From: an uncultured Actinomycetota bacterium
GTDB lineage: Bacteria; Actinomycetota; Actinomycetes; Propionibacteriales; Actinopolymorphaceae
Direction of reading: 5' to 3'
DNA length: 64,000 nt
Assembly: GCA_963791775.1 (NCBI GenBank)
Contig: CAWBTM010000005.1
Coordinates: forward strand, 52,943-116,942
The notes under the pieces were generated by a model, which saw only the letters and a list, made by a program, of their open reading frames with translations, made no database searches and was not told where the DNA came from. Shown here piece by piece: positions 57,521 to 64,000 of the stretch (positions within the stretch are counted from its first letter, which is position 1; each line of letters starts with the position of its first letter). Made by a program: the position numbers and the translations under genes.

Positions 57521-57578
57521 CAGATCAACTTCGGATCAGGTTCGGATCAAACATCGGATCAGGTTCGGATCGGGTTCG
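57521..57578. repeat. Five 11-12 bp direct repeats (CGGATCAGGTT consensus)
   Basis: cagatcaactt cggatcaggtt cggatcaaacat cggatcaggtt cggatcgggtt. Confidence 0.8.
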
Positions 57579-57611
57579 CCTCAACGTCGCCGACCGGACC
57601 CGAGGATGTCG

Positions 57612-57670
57612 CACGGAGCCGATGGACACGGAGCCGATGAAGCCGATGAACACGGAGCCGATGAAGGAGA
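57612..57670. repeat. 15-bp tandem repeat CACGGAGCCGATG(G/A)A
   Basis: Three full copies and one partial copy just upstream of the kinase RBS. Confidence 0.8.
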
Positions 57671-57677
57671 GCACGGC

Positions 57678-59357
57678 ATGAGCGAGAACGACCGGCTGAT
57701 CGCTGGCCGTTACCGCCTACTGGAGCAGATCGGCAGCGGTGGCATGGGTGTCGTCTGGCGCGGCGTCGACGAGCGCCTGCACCGGCCGGTCGCGGTCAAG
57801 CGCCTGCTGCTGCCCGCCTACCTCAGCGGCACCCAGGCCGAGGAGGCGAAGCTTCGCGCGATGCGGGAGAGCCGCATCGCCGCCCGCATCCAGCACCCGC
57901 ACGTCATCGCCACCTACAACGTGGTCGAGGACGACGGCCATCCCTGCCTGGTGATGGAGTACCTCCCCTCCCGGAGCCTGTCGGAGGTGCTGGAGCAGCG
58001 TGGTTCGCTGCCCGCGACCGAGGTGGCGAGCATCGGCCGGCAGGCGGCGAGCGCGCTGGCGTCGGCGCACGCGGCCGGCGTCGTCCACCGCGACATCAAG
58101 CCCGGCAACGTCCTGCTCGGTGACAACGGCGTGGTGAAGATCGCCGACTTCGGCATCGCCCGCGCGGTCGGCGACGTGACCGTGACCGCGACCGGGCTGA
58201 TCTCCGGCACCCCCGCCTACCTCGCACCGGAGGTCGCCAAGGGGGAGGACGCCACGTTCGCCTCCGACGTGTTCTCCCTCGGTTCCACTCTGTACGCCGC
58301 GGTCGAGGGTGGTCCGCCGTTCGGCCGCAGCGAAAACCCGATCGCGTTGTTGCACCAGGTCGCGTCGGCGCAGATCGCGCCGCCGCGCCGGGCGCCGCGC
58401 CCGCTGGCCGACGTGCTCCAGCGCGTCCTGCGCGCCGACCCGCGTCAGCGTCCTCCGGCCAGTGCGGTCGCCCGTGAGCTGGCGGCGGTCACCGCCCGCC
58501 TGTCCGGCGCGCCGGACCGGGACGAGGACGCCAACACCACCAGGCGGTTCACCACGCCGGTCGCTCCGGTCGCTCCGGTGGCCGTGGCCGGTGGCGCCGA
58601 CGCCCCCGGCGCCTCCGGGGCGGATGCGTCCGGTCCCGCTGCCGGTGCCGCGGCGGCCGCCGACACCGGGCGGGACGGCTTCTCGCCTCCCACCCCCTCG
58701 ACGCCGTACCCGCCGGAGACCTCCGAGCCGTCGGCGACCGGACCGGGTGGAGCCAGTGGTGACAGCCGGCGGCGCCGGATCGGTGCGGTGGTGGCCGCGG
58801 TGGTCGCGGTCGTGCTGATCGCCGGGGTGGGGGTCGCGTACGTCCTCGACCACCGCGACGAGCCCGGCGGCACCCCCGCCGCCGGCGCCACCACCGACTC
58901 GGCGACCCCGCGCGACACTCCGACGTCGAAGTCGCCGAGCCCGACACCGACCACGAAGTCGCCGACCCCCACGCCGACCACGAAGTCGCCGAGCCCCACG
59001 CCGACGCCCACCCCCACGCGGAAGAAGCCGAGCCCGACCCCCACCAAGAAGGAGCCGAGCCGTTCCCGCGGTCAGGCCGTGGCGTCCTACTACTCCATGC
59101 TGCCGGGCGACATCTCCGGGGCCTGGTCCCGGCTGACCCCTCGATACCAGGGCAAGGCCGGTGGATACAGCGGCTATCAGGGGTTCTGGAAGCAGTTCAG
59201 AGACGTGCGCACCAGCGACGTCACCACCCGCGGCAACGTCGTCCGGGCCCGGATCACCTACATCCGCAAGAGCGGCGGGACCGAGCACGAGCGGCGCAGC
59301 TTCACGATGGTGCAGCGCGACGGCCGGTGGCTGATCGACGCGTCCTCGGTCATCTAG
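57678..59357 (+). CDS. Hanks-type Ser/Thr protein kinase with TM helix and extracellular domain
   Basis: IGSGGMGVV, VAVK, HRDIKPGN, DFG, GTPAYLAPE, SDVFSLG; TM helix; P/T-rich linker. Confidence 0.96.
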   Translation: MSENDRLIAGRYRLLEQIGSGGMGVVWRGVDERLHRPVAVKRLLLPAYLSGTQAEEAKLRAMRESRIAARIQHPHVIATYNVVEDDGHPCLVMEYLPSRSLSEVLEQRGSLPATEVASIGRQAASALASAHAAGVVHRDIKPGNVLLGDNGVVKIADFGIARAVGDVTVTATGLISGTPAYLAPEVAKGEDATFASDVFSLGSTLYAAVEGGPPFGRSENPIALLHQVASAQIAPPRRAPRPLADVLQRVLRADPRQRPPASAVARELAAVTARLSGAPDRDEDANTTRRFTTPVAPVAPVAVAGGADAPGASGADASGPAAGAAAAADTGRDGFSPPTPSTPYPPETSEPSATGPGGASGDSRRRRIGAVVAAVVAVVLIAGVGVAYVLDHRDEPGGTPAAGATTDSATPRDTPTSKSPSPTPTTKSPTPTPTTKSPSPTPTPTPTRKKPSPTPTKKEPSRSRGQAVASYYSMLPGDISGAWSRLTPRYQGKAGGYSGYQGFWKQFRDVRTSDVTTRGNVVRARITYIRKSGGTEHERRSFTMVQRDGRWLIDASSVI

Positions 59358-59531
59358 GCCGGGTGAGTAGGCCGGGGCGAGGACGGGGCGAGGACGGGGG
59401 AGGGCGTACTCACCCCACCGGTGCGGCCTGACCGTCCGTCCGGCATAGGTTTGGAGACCGTACGCGCGGCCAAGGATCTTCGAACGCGCCCGAACTCACC
59501 AGGAACGCGCGCCCCGACGAGGAGGACACAG

Positions 59532-59768
59532 ATGACGACGACGCCGGACTCCGACCCCCGCCAGGAACTGCAGCAGCTCGAGGACGACCTCGCGCGACTG
59601 CGCGGAGAGCTGGACGAGGCCCGCGCGCCGGGCGGTGACCGGTTCGACGCGCCCAACGACGCCGGCGACGTGGCGGCCGAGCTCACCGCCGAGCAGGAGC
59701 AGCAGGCGATCATCGCCACGCTGGAGAAGCGCCGCGACGACCTGCGCCGCAAGCTGGGCGAGGCGTAG
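59532..59768 (+). CDS. Small coiled-coil hypothetical protein
   Basis: GAGGAGG RBS; ELQQLEDDLARLR...D.GD.A..LT..EQQAII..LE.RRD. Confidence 0.75.
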   Translation: MTTTPDSDPRQELQQLEDDLARLRGELDEARAPGGDRFDAPNDAGDVAAELTAEQEQQAIIATLEKRRDDLRRKLGEA

Positions 59769-59947
59769 GCAGGCCGAGGCAGCCGCGGACAGCCCAGACC
59801 TGCACAAACCTTTTTCCATAACGGGATCTGTGCACCCGAAGGGTGTCAAGCCGCACTTGGCGCCTTGGTGTGGAGCGCCAACGGTCGCATACTGAGCGGG
59901 TGGGCGGCATACGGGCACGGCCGGCCGCGGTGGAGCACACGTCGCGG

Positions 59948-60910
59948 GTGGAGCCCCTTGTGCACGAGGCACTCTTCTACCGCGACCCGCCCAGCCTGAG
60001 CGCGGCCCTGCTGCCCCGGTTCGCCGATGCTTTTGCCGACGGCGAGGCGGTCGTGGTGGTGGTTCGCCGGTCCCGGGCGGAACTCCTCCAGGGGGCGCTG
60101 GGCAGTGACGCGGGCCGGGTGCGCTGGCTGGACATGGCCCGCGAGGGACGCAATCCCACCCGGCTGATTCCCAGCGTGCTGGGCCGGTTCGCCGACGAGT
60201 ACCCCCACCGCCGGGTGCTGGTCGTCGGTGAGCCGATGTGGTCCGAACGCCCGCACGCCGACTACCCCGCGGTGGTCGCGCACGAGGCGCTGATCAACGT
60301 GGCGTTCGCCGGTCGCGAGCTGACCGTGATCTGTCCGTACGAGGTGAGCACGCTCGCCCCGCACGTGCTGCAGGACGCCGCGCGTACGCACCCCACGGTG
60401 GTGACCCGCGAGGACACCTGGACGAGCCTCTCCTACGGCGATCCCGTCGAAGTGGCGAGGTCCTTCCTGAGCGACCTGCCCGAACCGGAGGGCGTTCCGG
60501 AGCGATTGACGTTCGGTGCTCACGAACTCGCCCACGTGCGCGAACTCGTCTACGCACATGCGGTTCTGGCCGGCCTCGCCAGTTCCCGCCGGGACGATCT
60601 CGTCCTCGCCGTCAACGAGGTCGCCACCAACACGCAGGTGCACGCCGGTGGGCCGGGCGTCCTTCGCGTGTGGCGTGAGGCCGGCCGCCTGGTCTGCGAG
60701 GTCAGCGACCATGGCCAGGTGAGCGACCCGCTGATCGGCCGTCATCCCGCATCGCCGACGTCTCGGTCGTCGCAGCCGGCCGGAGGTCGCGGACTGCTGC
60801 TGGTGAACGAACTCTGCGACCTGGTGGAGATCGCCACCATGACCGGCACGATGTCCGGCCCGATGTCCGGCACGACCGTACGCATGCACATGAACGTCAC
60901 CGGCGACTGA
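59948..60910 (+). CDS. MEDS domain plus HATPase anti-sigma factor (RsbW/PrsR-like)
   Basis: HEALFY, GRNPTRLIP, VGEPMW, HEALIN.AF, CPY; LVLAVNEVATN, CEVSDHG, GGRGLLLV; start uncertain. Confidence 0.9.
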   Translation: MEPLVHEALFYRDPPSLSAALLPRFADAFADGEAVVVVVRRSRAELLQGALGSDAGRVRWLDMAREGRNPTRLIPSVLGRFADEYPHRRVLVVGEPMWSERPHADYPAVVAHEALINVAFAGRELTVICPYEVSTLAPHVLQDAARTHPTVVTREDTWTSLSYGDPVEVARSFLSDLPEPEGVPERLTFGAHELAHVRELVYAHAVLAGLASSRRDDLVLAVNEVATNTQVHAGGPGVLRVWREAGRLVCEVSDHGQVSDPLIGRHPASPTSRSSQPAGGRGLLLVNELCDLVEIATMTGTMSGPMSGTTVRMHMNVTGD

Positions 60911-60959
60911 CTGCTCCGCCCTTCGGCCCGACCGGCCACCCTCGCCCCCGGGCGAGGGC

Positions 60960-63167
60960 TCAGCCCTTCTTCGCCAGCAGGTCGGAGACCCGGAACGCCA
61001 TCGCGAAGATCGTCAGGACGGGATTGACGCCGCCGTTGGTGACGTGCAGCGAACCGTCGGCGAGGCGGAGGTTGTCGTGCCCCCAGACGCGTCCCTGCGA
61101 GTCGGTGACCGAGGTCGCCGGGTCGCTGCCCATCCGGCAGGTGCCGGCCTGGTGCTGGCCGCCACTCGGGCCACGGCCCACCCCGCCGCTCGGCACCGTG
61201 CGCACCGCACCGCCGGCCGTGAGCCACTCCGCCGCGCGCCGCTGCAGCATCGCCGCGGTGGGCCGGTCGGTGTCGAGCACCCCGCCGGACAGCCGGGCCA
61301 CCGGCAGGCCGAACACGTCGCGTACGCGCGGATCGACCGTGACCCGCGCGCGGGGGTTCGGGGTCTCCTGCAGCGGCCCCATCACCATCGTCGTGCGCTG
61401 GTAGAGCTCGCGCATGCCGCGCTTGCTCGCCGCGCCCGACCGCGGGATGATCCCGGCGCCGGTGAGCAGGTTGTAGGTCGCGAGCGGCATCGGCACGAAG
61501 TCGTTGGCCAGCATCCCGCCGCCCACCAGGCCGTCGTTGTGGTGGCGGAAGTCGTGGGTGGCGATCGTCGGGCCGGGACCGGCGCTGTTCTGCACCACGT
61601 CGTCGAAGATGCCGAGCGCCCCCGCGTACACATGCCCCTGCAGGTTGCGGCCCACCTGGTCGTGCCGGTTGCCGAGGCCGGTCGGCTCGCTCGCGGACGC
61701 GCTGTTGAGCAGCAGCCGCGCGGTCTCGATCGCACCGGCCGCGATGATCACCTGGTCGGCGGTGACCGTGCGGCGGCCTACCTCGCCGTCGGCCGGTCCG
61801 CTGCCGCCGGCGAGGGTGGCGAGCGCGACGCCGGTGACCCGGCCGTCGTCGCCGGTGACCACCCGCTCGGCGAACGTGCCGGTGAGCAGGTCGCACCGGC
61901 CGGTGGCCAGGGCGCGGGGGAGGACGGTGTTGTGGCTGCCGTTCTTGGCCTCCGCGGGGCAGCCGAAGCCGACGCACTGACCGCAGCGTACGCAGGCCGG
62001 GCGGCCTCCGTAGGGCTTGGAGTTGATCAACAGCGGTACGTGGCCGGTCGACCAGCCGAGGTCACGGGCGCCGGCGGCGAGCCTGTCCCCGGACAGGTTG
62101 CGCGGCATCGGCGGCATCGGCAGCCCTCGCCGGCGCGGGCCTGCGCCGGCGAACCCGGCCGGATCGCCGGCCACTCCGAGCTCCCACTCGGCGCGGTCGT
62201 AGTAGGGCTCCAGATCGTCGTACGACAGTGGCCAGTCGGCCAGTGAGCTGCCCTCGGGTACGCCGTAGACGGACGCCATCGTGAAGTCCTCCGGCACGAA
62301 CCGCCAGGCCTGCGCGCCGTAGACCCGGGTGCCACCACCGACGGTCATCGCGTTGTTGCTCCAGCGCCCGTCGGTCGGGCCGACGACGGCCTCCTCGCCG
62401 CCGTCCGGGGCCCACACCCGTGGGTGCCCGGACGCCACCGGACCGGCACTCTGCGCGTATCCGAACAACGCGCGGTGGCTGCGCAGGTGGTCCCCGCGCA
62501 GGTCCTCGGTGCGCAGGAAGTCGCCCCGCTCGACGACGAGCACGCGGTAGCCGGCCTCGGCGAGGACACAGGCCGCCGTTCCTCCACCGGCGCCGGCCCC
62601 GACGACGACCGCGTCGTAGTGGGCCGCGACGTCCCCGAACGGCGTCAAGGGGAGGTTGACAGTGAGCGCTTCCGGTGCCGGCCACCCGGCGTCCTCGGGT
62701 GCCGCGCGGTAACCCACCATCCGCCAGGACACGGCGTCGCGGTTGCCGCCGTTGTCCGGGTCGGCGTAGAAACCCTGCACGGTAAGGGATTCCAGCAGCC
62801 GGAGGAACTCCGTCCGGTCGACACCGCTCCAGTCCGAGGTGGTCCGCCCGTCGCGCAGGGCGGCGAGCACCTCGTCCTGGCCGGTCTCGGACAGCCCGGC
62901 GAACCCCGTCGCGCCTTCGACGTCGCCACCCGTCGCGCCGACCTTCGCGTCCGCCTCCGCGTCGAGCAGGTCCAGACCGGCGGCGAGCAGGTCCGCGCCG
63001 TGGGGGAGTTCGGTCGTGAGGATCCGGGCCAGGAAGTCGCCGACGCCGGCGTCCCATCCGGACGGGAAGTCGTCGGCGGGGATCAGCCGGTCGACCGCCG
63101 CGCGCAGGCCCGGCCTGGCCAGCAGTCCGGTGAGGCTGGCATCGAAGGTGGCATCGTCGGCGGGCAT
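60960..63167 (-). CDS. GMC oxidoreductase with fused N-terminal gluconate-2-dehydrogenase subunit-3-like domain
   Basis: N-terminal DRLIP.DD...GA..F, QGFYADP.NGGNRD..SW.MVGY; then VVGAGAGGG, VGGGT, CVRCGQCVGFGC, HQAGTCRMG, NPVLTI. Confidence 0.9.
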   Translation of the reverse strand: MPADDATFDASLTGLLARPGLRAAVDRLIPADDFPSGWDAGVGDFLARILTTELPHGADLLAAGLDLLDAEADAKVGATGGDVEGATGFAGLSETGQDEVLAALRDGRTTSDWSGVDRTEFLRLLESLTVQGFYADPDNGGNRDAVSWRMVGYRAAPEDAGWPAPEALTVNLPLTPFGDVAAHYDAVVVGAGAGGGTAACVLAEAGYRVLVVERGDFLRTEDLRGDHLRSHRALFGYAQSAGPVASGHPRVWAPDGGEEAVVGPTDGRWSNNAMTVGGGTRVYGAQAWRFVPEDFTMASVYGVPEGSSLADWPLSYDDLEPYYDRAEWELGVAGDPAGFAGAGPRRRGLPMPPMPRNLSGDRLAAGARDLGWSTGHVPLLINSKPYGGRPACVRCGQCVGFGCPAEAKNGSHNTVLPRALATGRCDLLTGTFAERVVTGDDGRVTGVALATLAGGSGPADGEVGRRTVTADQVIIAAGAIETARLLLNSASASEPTGLGNRHDQVGRNLQGHVYAGALGIFDDVVQNSAGPGPTIATHDFRHHNDGLVGGGMLANDFVPMPLATYNLLTGAGIIPRSGAASKRGMRELYQRTTMVMGPLQETPNPRARVTVDPRVRDVFGLPVARLSGGVLDTDRPTAAMLQRRAAEWLTAGGAVRTVPSGGVGRGPSGGQHQAGTCRMGSDPATSVTDSQGRVWGHDNLRLADGSLHVTNGGVNPVLTIFAMAFRVSDLLAKKG

Positions 63168-63424
63168 GGGCGACCTCCGCGGCAGGCTCGGTGACTGGGC
63201 TCGGCGTCCGGGCCCCTTCCTCGCGACCCTTCCTGACAGGAACGGACCGAGGTCCGCCCCTGCCGAACGACCCTATTCCTTCCAACACTGTCGATGGGAC
63301 TCGGTGACGGCCTCCGCTAGCGTGATCGGCGACCGGTTCCGGCGGGGGCCCGGTAGTGATTCGGCAGTGGGCCGGCAGTGGGCCGGCGAAGAGTTGGCGA
63401 AGATTCGGCGAAGGAGGCGGCCGC

Positions 63425-64000
63425 GTGCAGATCCGGGGATTCCGGCCGGGTGACGGGCCGGCGCTGGTGGCGGCCTGGTGCCGGAGCATGCCTCTGGATC
63501 CCATCACCGACACGAGATTTCGCGACCTGGTGTTGCTGGACGCGAACTTCGATCCGGACGGCCTGCGGATCGCGGTGGACGGCGACCACGGTGACCGGCT
63601 GGTCGGCGCGGCCTACGCGGTGCGGCGCCGGGTGGCGATGGTGGCCGGAGACCTGGAGCCGGGCACCGGCTGGCTGCCGTTCTTCTTCGTGGCACCGGAC
63701 GCGCGGGGTGCGGGGGTCGGGCGGGCCGTGGTGTGCAGTGCGCTGGACTGGCTGCGTCAGCAGGGTGCCCGGGAGGTGTTCTTCTCGTCGTACACCCCCA
63801 ATTACATCCTGCCGGGGTTGGACAAAGAGGCCTACCCGGAGGCGGCCGCGCTGCTGCACGACCTCGGCTTCCGGCAGCTGTCGGAGGCCGCGGCGATGGA
63901 CCGCTCCCTGGTCGGCTACCGGATGCCTGCGGAGGTGCGGGCGCGCGTCGACGGCCTGACCGCACAGGGCTACCGGTTCGGTACGCCGGCCGGCGACAAC
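63425..64000 (+). CDS. GNAT acetyltransferase, truncated by the window end
   Basis: AAGGAGG RBS, GTG start; IRGFRPGD, LLDANFDP.GL, FFVAPDARGAGVGR, YTPNYILPGLD. Confidence 0.85.
   Translation, partial: MQIRGFRPGDGPALVAAWCRSMPLDPITDTRFRDLVLLDANFDPDGLRIAVDGDHGDRLVGAAYAVRRRVAMVAGDLEPGTGWLPFFFVAPDARGAGVGRAVVCSALDWLRQQGAREVFFSSYTPNYILPGLDKEAYPEAAALLHDLGFRQLSEAAAMDRSLVGYRMPAEVRARVDGLTAQGYRFGTPAGDN

Noticed and set aside
57521-57680. Possible CRISPR or mini-array
   Set aside because: Repeats are 11-15 bp and contiguous, with no unique spacers and no cas genes

Overview
High-GC actinobacterial chromosomal region with about 65 genes; the gene mix suggests Nocardioidaceae/Actinopolymorpha, which is an unverified guess. 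It holds mostly accessory metabolism, stress and regulatory genes: IclR, TetR, AraC, ArsR, a WhiB3/WhiD-like protein, two ECF sigma factor plus membrane-partner pairs, a Ser/Thr kinase, a MEDS anti-sigma factor, aceB, two PhyH dioxygenases, a family-5 ABC substrate-binding protein, VOC, GNAT and SDR enzymes and a GMC oxidoreductase. I saw no rRNA, tRNA or CRISPR array. There is one complete ISL3 element (42811-44258, 23-bp IRs, 8-bp TSD ACTCATGA). It sits exactly at the start codon of a DUF222-HNH gene, directly downstream of a perfect PafBC-type DNA-damage promoter motif. The best candidates for an undescribed system are (i) a 'split' PEP-synthase/RPH-type phosphotransferase lacking any substrate domain, divergent from an HTH gene and an Rv1126c-like wHTH/His protein (31080-33444), and (ii) a four-gene small-protein operon ending in a GvpA/J-like hairpin protein (24153-25805). 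Many genes carry single-base indels in homopolymer runs, so several apparent pseudogenes may be sequencing errors. All product calls come from motif recognition by eye; no database searches were run.
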